Positions 1-11,400 of a DNA stretch of 64,000 nucleotides are shown in pieces. The DNA comes from Auanema rhodensis (lineage: Eukaryota; Animalia; Nematoda): positions 372,001 through 436,000 of the forward strand of contig CAXKVF010000074.1 in NCBI GenBank assembly GCA_964057225.1, in the 5' to 3' direction. The position numbers and the translations under genes were made by a program. The notes beneath the pieces were generated by a model, which ran no database searches, had not been told where the DNA came from, and saw only the letters and a program-made list of their open reading frames with translations. How positions within the stretch are numbered: position 1 is the first letter of the stretch; every line of letters begins with the position of its first letter.

Positions 1-21
1 CAAATTTTTATTGATATTGGT

Positions 22-36
22 TCATGGTAACCATGA
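22..36. repeat. 15-bp dyad TCATGGT-A-ACCATGA, present in each monomer (first copy given)
   Basis: 7-bp arms are exact reverse complements around a central A. It shrinks to 13 bp in monomers carrying the G22 allele. Confidence 0.95.
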
Positions 37-79
37 CTTTGAAATTTACGTGAACTTTAATTTATGCTAATTAAATGTA

Positions 80-119
80 CACGTGATGTGCACTTGGTAT
101 GTAACTCGCTTCACGTGAA
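80..119. other. Palindrome/E-box cluster in each monomer (first copy given): CACGTG 80-85, GTGCAC 88-93, TTCACGTGAA 110-119
   Basis: Read directly from the sequence. Protein binding is not demonstrated. Confidence 0.85.
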
Positions 120-3100
120 AGATAAAGAGATGCGGTTTTCAAAATTAGATTCCCCATGTCCATATTAGTCTAAAAACAAATTTTTATTGATATTGGTGCA
201 TGGTAACCATGACTTTGAAATTTACGTGAACTTTAATTTATGCTAATTAAATGTACACGTGATGTGCACTTGGTATGTAACTCGCTTCACGTGAAAGATA
301 AAGAGATGCGGTTTTCAAAATTAGATTCCCCTTGTCCATATTAGTCTAAAAACAAATTTTTATTGATATTGGTTCATGGTAACCATGACTTTGAAATTTA
401 CGTGAACTTTAATTTATGCTAATTAAATGTACACGTGATGTGCACTTGGTATGTAACTCGCTTCACGTGAAAGATAAAGAGATGCGGTTTTCAAAATTAG
501 ATTCCCCATGTCCATATTAGTCTAAAAACAAATTTTTATTGATATTGGTTCATGGTAACCATGACTTTGAAATTTACGTGAACTTTAATTTATGCTAATT
601 AAATGTACACGTGATGTGCACTTGGTATGTAACTCGCTTCACGTGAAAGATAAAGAGATGCGGTTTTCAAAATTAGATTCCCCATGTCCATATTAGTCTA
701 AAAACAAATTTTTATTGATATTGGTGCATGGTAACCATGACTTTGAAATTTACGTGAACTTTAATTTATGCTAATTAAATGTACACGTGATGTGCACTTG
801 GTATGTAACTCGCTTCACGTGAAAGATAAAGAGATGCGGTTTTCAAAATTAGATTCCCCTTGTCCATATTAGTCTAAAAACAAATTTTTATTGATATTGG
901 TTCATGGTAACCATGACTTTGAAATTTACGTGAACTTTAATTTATGCTAATTAAATGTACACGTGATGTGCACTTGGTATGTAACTCGCTTCACGTGAAA
1001 GATAAAGAGATGCGGTTTTCAAAATTAGATTCCCCATGTCCATATTAGTCTAAAAACAAATTTTTATTGATATTGGTTCATGGTAACCATGACTTTGAAA
1101 TTTACGTGAACTTTAATTTATGCTAATTAAATGTACACGTGATGTGCACTTGGTATGTAACTCGCTTCACGTGAAAGATAAAGAGATGCGGTTTTCAAAA
1201 TTAGATTCCCCATGTCCATATTAGTCTAAAAACAAATTTTTATTGATATTGGTGCATGGTAACCATGACTTTGAAATTTACGTGAACTTTAATTTATGCT
1301 AATTAAATGTACACGTGATGTGCACTTGGTATGTAACTCGCTTCACGTGAAAGATAAGGAGATGCGGTTTTCAAAATTAGATTCCCCATGTCCATATTAG
1401 TCTAAAAACAAATTTTTATTGATATTGGTTCATGGTAACCATGACTTTGAAATTTACGTGAACTTTAATTTATGCTAATTAAATGTACACGTGATGTGCA
1501 CTTGGTATGTAACTCGCTTCACGTGAAAGATAAAGAGATGCGGTTTTCAAAATTAGATTCCCCATGTCCATATTAGTCTAAAAACAAATTTTTATTGATA
1601 TTGATGCATGGTAACCATGACTTTGAAATTTACGTGAACTTTAATTTATGCTAATTAAATGTACACGTGATGTGCACTTGGTATGTAACTCGTTTCACGT
1701 GAAAGATAAAGAGATGAGGTTTTCAAAATTAGATTCCCCATGTCCATATTAGTCTAAAAACAAATTTTTATTGATATTGGTGCATGGTAACCATGACTTT
1801 GAAATTTACGTGAACTTTAATTTATGCTAATTAAATGTACACGTGATGTGCACTTGGTATGTAACTCGCTTCACGTGAAAGATAAAGAGATGCGGTTTTC
1901 AAAATTAGATTCCCCATGTCCATATTAGTCTAAAAACAAATTTTTATTGATATTGGTGCATGGTAACCATGACTTTAAAATTTACGTGAACTTTAATTTA
2001 TGCTAATTAAATGTACACGTGATGTGCACTTGGTATGTAACTCGCTTCACGTGAAAGATAAAGAGATGCGGTTTTCAAAATTAGATTCCCCATGTCCATA
2101 TTAGTCTAAAAACAAATTTTTATTGATATTGGTTCATGGTAACCATGACTTTGAAATTTACGTGAACTTTAATTTATGCTAATTAAATGTACACGTGATG
2201 TGCACTTGGTATGTAACTCGCTTCACGTGAAAGATAAAGAGATGCGGTTTTCAAAATTAGATTCCCCATGTCCATATTAGTCTAAAAACAAATTTTTATT
2301 GATATTGGTGCATGGTAACCATGACTTTGAAATTTACGTGAACTTTAATTTATGCTAATTAAATGTACACGTGATGTGCACTTGGTATGTAACTCGCTTC
2401 ACGTGAAAGATAAAGAGATGCGGTTTTCAAAATTAGATTCACCATGTCCATATTAGTCTAAAAACAAATTTTTATTGATATTGGTTCATGGTAACCATGA
2501 CTTTGAATTTTACGTGAACTTTAATTTATGCTAATTAAATGTACACGTGATGTGCACTTGGTATGTAACTCGCTTCACGTGAAAGATAAAGAGATGCGGT
2601 TTTCAAAATTAGATTCCCCATGTCCATATTAGTCTAAAAACAAATTTTTATTGATATTGGTTCATGGTAACCATGACTTTGAAATTTACGTGAACTTTAA
2701 TTTATGCTAATTAAATGTACACGTGATGTGCACTTGGTATGTAACTCGCTTCACGTGAAAGATAAACAGATGCGGTTTTCAAAATTAGATTCCCCATGTC
2801 CATATTAGTCTAAAAACAAATTTTTATTGATATTGGTTCATGGTAACCATGACTTTGAAATTTACGTGAACTTTAATTAATGCTAATTAAATGTACACGT
2901 GATGTGCACTTGGTATGTAACTCGCTTCACGTGAAAGATAAAGAGATGCGGTTTTCAAAATTAGATTCCCCATGTCCATATTAGTCTAAAAACAAATTTT
3001 TATTGATATTGGTTCATGGTAACCATGACTTTGAAATTTACGTGAACTTTAATTAATGCTAATTAAATGTACACGTGATGTGCACTTGGTATGTAACTCG

Positions 3101-6100
3101 CTTCACGTGAAAGATAAAGTGATGCGGTTTTCAAAATTAGATTCCCCATGTCCATATTAGTCTAAAAACAAATTTTTATTGATATTGGTTCATGGTAACC
3201 ATGACTTTGAAATTTACGTGAACTTTAATTTATGCTAATTAAATGTACACGTGATGTGCACTTGGTATGTAACTCGCTTCACGTGAAAAATAAAGAGATG
3301 CGGTTTTCAAAATTAGATTCCCCATGTCCATATTAGTCTAAAAACAAATTTTTATTGATATTGGTGCATGGTAACCATGACTTTGAAATTTACGTGAACT
3401 TTAATTTATGCTAATTAAATGTACACGTGATGTGCACTTGGTATGTAACTCGCTTCACGTGAAAGATAAAGAGATGCGGTTTTCAAAATTAGATTCCCCA
3501 TGTCCATATTAGTCTAAAAACAAATTTTTATTGATATTGGTGCATGGTAACCATGACTTTGAAATTTACGTGAACTTTAATTTATGCTAATTAAATGTAC
3601 ACGTGATGTGCACTTGGTATGTAACTCGCTTCACGTGAAAGATAAAGAGATGCGGTTTTCAAAATTAGATTCACCATGTCCATATTAGTCTAAAAACAAA
3701 TTTTTATTGATATTGGTTCATGGTAACCATGACTTTGAATTTTACGTGAACTTTAATTTATGCTAATTAAATGTACACGTGATGTGCACTTGGTATGTAA
3801 CTCGCTTCACGTGAAAGATAAAGAGATGCGGTTTTCAAAATTAGATTCCCCATGTCCATATTAGTCTAAAAACAAATTTTTATTGATATTGGTTCATGGT
3901 AACCATGACTTTGAAATTTACGTGAACTTTAATTTATGCTAATTAAATGTACACGTGATGTGCACTTGGTATGTAACTCGCTTCACGTGAAAGATAAAGA
4001 GATGCGGTTTTCAAAATTAGATTCCCCATGTCCATATTAGTCTAAAAACAAATTTTTATTGATATTGGTTCATGGTAACCATGACTTTGAAATTTACGTG
4101 AACTTTAATTTATGCTAATTAAATGTACACGTGATGTGCACTTGGTATGTAACTCGCTTCACGTGAAAGATAAAGAGATGCGGTTTTCAAAATTAGATTC
4201 CCCATGTCCATATTAGTCTAAAAACAAATTTTTATTGATATTAGTTCATGGTAACCATGACTTTGAAATTTACGTGAACTTTAATTTATGCTAATTAAAT
4301 GTACACGTGATGTGCACTTGGTATGTAACTCGCTTCACGTGAAAGATAAGGAGATGCGGTTTTCAAAATTAGATTCCCCATGTCCATATTAGTCTAAAAA
4401 CAAATTTTTATTGATATTGGTTCATGGTAACCATGACTTTGAAATTTACGTGAACTTTAATTAATGCTAATTAAATGTACACGTGATGTGCACTTGGTAT
4501 GTAACTCGCTTCACGTGAAAGATAAAGAGATGCGGTTTTCAAAATTAGATTCCCCATGTCCATATTAGTCTAAAAACAAATTTTTATTGATATTGCTTCA
4601 TGGTAACCATGACTTTGAAATTTACGTGAACTTTAATTTATGCTAATTAAATGTACACGTGATGTGCACTTGGTATGTAACTCGCTTCACGTGAAAGATA
4701 AAGAGATGCGGTTTTCAAAATTAGATTCCCCATGTCCATATTAGTCTAAAAACAAATTTTTATTGATATTGGTTCATGGTAACCATGACTTTGAATTTTA
4801 CGTGAACTTTAATTTATGCTAATTAAATGTACACGTGATGTGCACTTGGTATGTAACTCGCTTCACGTGAAAGATAAAGAGATGCGGTTTTCAAAATTAG
4901 ATTCCCCATGTCCATATTAGTCTAAAAACAAATTTTTATTGATATTGCTTCATGGTAACCATGACTTTGAATTTTACGTGAACTTTAATTAATGCTAATT
5001 AAATGTACACGTGATGTGCACTTGGTATGTAACTCGCTTCACGTGAAAGATAAAGTGATGCGGTTTTCAAAATTAGATTCCCCATGTCCATATTAGTCTA
5101 AAAACAAATTTTTATTGATATTGGTTCATGGTAACCATGACTTTGAATTTTACGTGAACTTTAATTTATGCTAATTAAATGTACACGTGATGTGCACTTG
5201 GTATGTAACTCGCTTCACGTGAAAGATAAAGAGATGCGGTTTTCAAAATTAGATTCCCCATGTCCATATTAGTCTAAAAACAAATTTTTATTGATATTAG
5301 TTCATGGTAACCATGACTTTGAAATTAACGTGAACTTTAATTTATGCTAATTAAATGTACACGTGATGTGCACTTGGTATGTAACTCGCTTCACGTGAAA
5401 GATAAAGAGATGCGGTTTTCAAAATTAGATTCCCCATGTCCATATTAGTCTAAAAACAAATTTTTATTGATATTGCTTCATGGTAACCATGACTTTGAAA
5501 TTTACGTGAACTTTAATTTATGCTAATTAAATGTACACGTGATGTGCACTTGGTATGTAACTCGCTTCACGTGAAAGATAAAGAGATGCGGTTTTCAAAA
5601 TTAGATTCCCCATGTCCATATTAGTCTAAAAACAAATTTTTATTGATATTGGTTCATGGTAACCATGACTTTGAAATTTACGTGAACTTTAATTTATGCT
5701 AATTAAATGTACACGTGATGTGCACTTGGTATGTAACTCGCTTCACGTGAAAGATAAAGTGATGCGGTTTTCAAAATTAGATTCCCCATGTCCATATTAG
5801 TCTAAAAACAAATTTTTATTGATATTGGTTCATGGTAACCATGACTTTGAAATTTACGTGAACTTTAATTTATGCTAATTAAATGTACACGTGATGTGCA
5901 CTTGGTATGTAACTCGCTTCACGTGAAAGATAAAGAGATGCGGTTTTCAAAATTAGATTCCCCATGTCCATATTAGTCTAAAAACAAATTTTTATTGATA
6001 TTGGTGCATGGTAACCATGACTTTGAAATTTACGTGAACTTTAATTTATGCTAATTAAATGTACACGTGATGTGCACTTGGTATGTAACTCGCTTCACGT

Positions 6101-8448
6101 GAAAAATAAAGAGATGCGGTTTTCAAAATTAGATTCCCCATGTCCATATTAGTCTAAAAACAAATTTTTATTGATATTGGTTCATGGTAACCATGACTTT
6201 GAAATTTACGTGAACTTTAATTTATGCTAATTAAATGTACACGTGATGTGCACTTGGTATGTAACTCGCTTCACGTGAAAGATAAAGTGATGCGGTTTTC
6301 AAAATTAGATTCCCCATGTCCATATTAGTCTAAAAACAAATTTTTATTGATATTGGTTCATGGTAACCATGACTTTGAAATTTACGTGAACTTTAATTTA
6401 TGCTAATTAAATGTACACGTGATGTGCACTTGGTATGTAACTCGCTTGACGTGAAAGATAAAGAGATGCGGTTTTCAAAATTAGATTCCCCATGTCCATA
6501 TTAGTCTAAAAACAAATTTTTATTGATATTGGTGCATGGTAACCATGACTTTGAAATTTACGTGAACTTTAATTTATGCTAATTAAATGTACACGTGATG
6601 TGCACTTGGTATGTAACTCGCTTCACGTGAAAGATAAAGAGATGCTGTTTTCAAAATTAGATTCCCCATGTCCATATTAGTCTAAAAACAAATTTTTATT
6701 GATATTGGTTCATGGTAACCATGACTTTGAAATTTACGTGAACTTTAATTTATGCTAATTAAATGTACACGTGATGTGCACTTGGTATGTAACTCGCTTC
6801 ACGTGAAAGATAAAGTGATGCGGTTTTCAAAATTAGATTCCCCATGTCCATATTAGTCTAAAAACAAATTTTTATTGATATTGGTTCATGGTAACCATGA
6901 CTTTGAAATTTACGTGAACTTTAATTTATGCTAATTAAATGTACACGTGATGTGCACTTGGTATGTAACTCGCTTCACGTGAAAAATAAAGAGATGCGGT
7001 TTTCAAAATTAGATTCCCCATGTCCATATTAGTCTAAAAACAAATTTTTATTGATATTGGTGCATGGTAACCATGACTTTGAAATTTACGTGAACTTTAA
7101 TTTATGCTAATTAAATGTACACGTGATGTGCACTTGGTATGTAACTCGCTTCACGTGAAAGATGAAGAGATGCGGTTTTCAAAATTAGATTCCCCATTTC
7201 CATATTAGTCTAAAAACAAATTTTTATTGATATTGGTGCATGGTAACCATGACTTTGAAATTTACGTGAACTTTAATTTATGCTAATTAAATGTACACGT
7301 GATGTGCACTTGGTATGTAACTCGCTTCACGTGAAAGATAAAGAGATGCGGTTTTCAAAATTAGATTCCCCATGTCCATATTAGTCTAAAAACAAATTTT
7401 TATTGATATTGGTGCATGGTAACCATGACTTTGAAATTTACGTGAACTTTAATTTATGCTAATTAAATGTACACGTGATGTGCACTTGGTATGTAACTCG
7501 CTTCACGTGAAAGATAAAGAGATGCTGTTTTCAAAATTAGATTCCCCATGTCCATATTAGTCTAAAAACAAATTTTTATTGATATTGGTTCATGGTAACC
7601 ATGACTTTGAAATTTACGTGAACTTTAATTTATGCTAATTAAATGTACACGTGATGTGCACTTGGTATGTAACTCGCTTCACGTGAAAGATAAAGAGATG
7701 CGGTTTTCAAAATTAGATTCCCCATGTCCATATTAGTCTAAAAACAAATTTTTATTGATATTGGTTCATGGTAACCATGACTTTGAAATTTACGTGAACT
7801 TTAATTTATGCTAATTAAATGTACACGTGATGTGCACTTGGTATGTAACTCGCTCCACGTGAAAGATAAAGAGATGCGGTTTTCAAAATTAGATTCCCCA
7901 TGTCCATATTAGTCTAAAAACAAATTTTTATTGATATTGGTTCATGGTAACCATGACTTTGAAATTTACGTGAACTTTAATTTATGCTAATTAAATGTAC
8001 ACGTGATGTGCACTTGGTATGTAACTCGCTTCACGTGAAAGATAAAGAGATGCGGTTTTCAAAATTAGATTCCCCATGTCCATATTAGTCTAAAAACAAA
8101 CTTTTATTGATATTGGTGCATGGTAACCATGACTTTGAAATTTACGTGAACTTTAATTTATGCTAATTAAATGTACACGTGATGTGCACTTGGTATGTAA
8201 CTCGCTTCACGTGAAAAATAAAGAGATGCGGTTTTCAAAATTAGATTCCCCATGTCCATATTAGTCTAAAAACAAATTTTTATTGATATTGGTTCATGGT
8301 AACCATGACTTTGAAATTTACGTGAACTTTAATTTATGCTAATTAAATGTACACGTGATGTGCACTTGGTATGTAACTCGCTTCACGTGAAAGATAAAGA
8401 GATGCGGTTTTCAAAATTAGATTCCCCATGTCCATATTAGTCTAAAAA

Positions 8449-11400
8449 CAAATTTTTATTGATATTGGTTCATGGTAACCATGACTTTGAATTTTACGTT
8501 AACTTTAATTTATGCTAATTAAATGTACACGTGATGTGCACTTGGTATGTAACTCGCTTCACGTGAAAGATAAAGTGATGCGGTTTTCAAAATTAGATTC
8601 CCCATGTCCATATTAGTCTAAAAACAAATTTTTATTGATATTGGTGCATGGTAACCATGACTTTGAAATTTACGTGAACTTTAATTTATGCTAATTAAAT
8701 GTACACGTGATGTGCACTTGGTATGTAACTCGCTTCACGTAAAAGATAAAGAGATGCGGTTTTCAAAATTAGATTCCCCATGTCCATATTAGTCTAAAAA
8801 CAAATTTTTATTGATATTGGTTCATGGTAACCATGACTTTGAAATTTACGTGAACTTTAATTTATGCTAATTAAATGTACACGTGATGTGCACTTGGTAT
8901 GTAACTCGCTTCACGTGAAAGATAAAGTGATGCGGTTTTCAAAATTAGATTCCCCATGTCCATATTAGTCTAAAAACAAATTTTTATTGATATTGGTTCA
9001 TGGTAACCATGACTTTGAAATTTAGGTGAACTTTAATTTATGCTAATTAAATGTACACGTGATGTGCACTTGGTATGTAACTCGCTTCACGTGAAAGATA
9101 AAGAGATGCGGTTTTCAAAATTAGATTCCCCATGTCCATATTAGTCTAAAAACAAATTTTTATTGATATTGGTGCATGGTAACCATGACTTTGAAATTTA
9201 CGTGAACTTTAATTTATGCTAATTAAATGTACACGTGATGTGCACTTGGTATGTAACTCGCTTCACGTGAAAGATAAAGAGATGCGGTTTTCAAAATTAG
9301 ATTCCCCATGTCCATATTAGTCTAAAAACAAATTTTTATTGATATTGGTGCATGGTAACCATGACTTTGAAATTTACGTGAACTTTAATTTATGCTAATT
9401 AAATGTACACGTGATGTGCACTTGGTATGTAACTCGCTTCACGTGAAAAATAAAGAGATGCGGTTTTCAAAATTAGATTCCCCATGTCCATATTAGTCTA
9501 AAAACAAATTTTTATTGATATTGGTGCATGGTAACCATGACTTTGAAATTTACGTGAACTTTAATTTATGCTAATTAAATGTACACGTGATGTGCACTTG
9601 GTATGTAACTCGCTTCACGTGAAAAATAAAGAGATGCGGTTTTCAAAATTAGATTCCCCATGTCCATATTAGTCTAAAAACAAATTTTTATTGATATTGG
9701 TTCATGGTAACCATGACTTTGAAATTTACGTGAACTTTAATTTATGCTAATTAAATGTACACGTGATGTGCACTTGGTATGTAACTCGCTTCACGTGAAA
9801 GATAAAGAGATGCGGTTTTCAAAATTAGATTCCCCATGTCCATATTAGTCTAAAAACAAATTTTTATTGATATTGGTTCATGGTAACCATGACTTTGAAA
9901 TTTACGTGAACTTTAATTTATGCTAATTAAATGTACACGTGATGTGCACTTGGTATGTAACTCGCTTCACGTGAAAGATAAAGAGATGCGGTTTTCAAAA
10001 TTAGATTCCCCATGTCCATATTAGTCTAAAAACAAATTTTTATTGATATTGGTTCATGGTAACCATGACTTTGAATTTTACGTTAACTTTAATTTATGCT
10101 AATTAAATGTACACGTGATGTGCACTTGGTATGTAACTCGCTTCACGTGAAAGATAAAGAGATGCGGTTTTCAAAATTAGATTCCCCATGTCCATATTAG
10201 TCTAAAAACAAATTTTTATTGATATTGGTGCATGGTAACCATGACTTTGAAATTTACGTGAACTTTAATTTATGCTAATTAAATGTACACGTGATGTGCA
10301 CTTGGTATGTAACTCGCTTCACGTGAAAGATAAAGAGATGCGGTTTTCAAAATTAGATTCCCCATGTCCATATTAGTCTAAAAACAAATTTTTATTGATA
10401 TTGGTGCATGGTAACCATGACTTTGAAATTTACGTGAACTTTAATTTATGCTAATTAAATGTACACGTGATGTGCACTTGGTATGTAACTCGCTTCACGT
10501 GAAAAATAAAGAGATGCGGTTTTCAAAATTAGATTCCCCATGTCCATATTAGTCTAAAAACAAATTTTTATTGATATTGGTGCATGGTAACCATGACTTT
10601 GAAATTTACGTGAACTTTAATTTATGCTAATTAAATGTACACGTGATGTGCACTTGGTATGTAACTCGCTTCACGTGAAAGATAAAGAGATGCGGTTTTC
10701 AAAATTAGATTCCCCATGTCCATATTAGTCTAAAAACAAATTTTTATTGATATTGGTTCATGGTAACCATGACTTTGAATTTTACGTTAACTTTAATTTA
10801 TGCTAATTAAATGTACACGTGATGTGCACTTGGTATGTAACTCGCTTCACGTGAAAGATAAAGTGATGCGGTTTTCAAAATTAGATTCCCCATGTCCATA
10901 TTAGTCTAAAAACAAATTTTTATTGATATTGGTGCATGGTAACCATGACTTTGAAATTTACGTGAACTTTAATTTATGCTAATTAAATGTACACGTGATG
11001 TGCACTTGGTATGTAACTCGCTTCACGTAAAAGATAAAGAGATGCGGTTTTCAAAATTAGATTCCCCATGTCCATATTAGTCTAAAAACAAATTTTTATT
11101 GATATTGGTTCATGGTAACCATGACTTTGAAATTTACGTGAACTTTAATTTATGCTAATTAAATGTACACGTGATGTGCACTTGGTATGTAACTCGCTTC
11201 ACGTGAAAGATAAAGTGATGCGGTTTTCAAAATTAGATTCCCCATGTCCATATTAGTCTAAAAACAAATTTTTATTGATATTGGTTCATGGTAACCATGA
11301 CTTTGAAATTTAGGTGAACTTTAATTTATGCTAATTAAATGTACACGTGATGTGCACTTGGTATGTAACTCGCTTCACGTGAAAGATAAAGAGATGCGGT

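Noticed and set aside
7-20. Minus-strand CCAAT and AATAAA motifs as promoter or polyadenylation signals
   Set aside because: Short motifs expected by chance in 68% AT DNA, with no associated transcription unit.
100-140. CENP-B box
   Set aside because: No match to the TTCGNNNNANNCGGG core on either strand.
1-176. Assignment to known satellites of similar length (Brassica CentBr, honeybee AluI, Arabidopsis CEN178, primate alpha satellite)
   Set aside because: Only the length is similar. The consensus has no AAGCTT or AGCT site and I recognise no sequence similarity. A BLAST/Dfam search is needed.
1-176. Satellite-encoded hammerhead ribozyme, tRNA or 5S rRNA
   Set aside because: No CTGANGA core on either strand and no recognisable tRNA or 5S sequence.
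9021-9027. Telomere-like TTAGG
   Set aside because: A single unit created by the C49G variant, not tandem.
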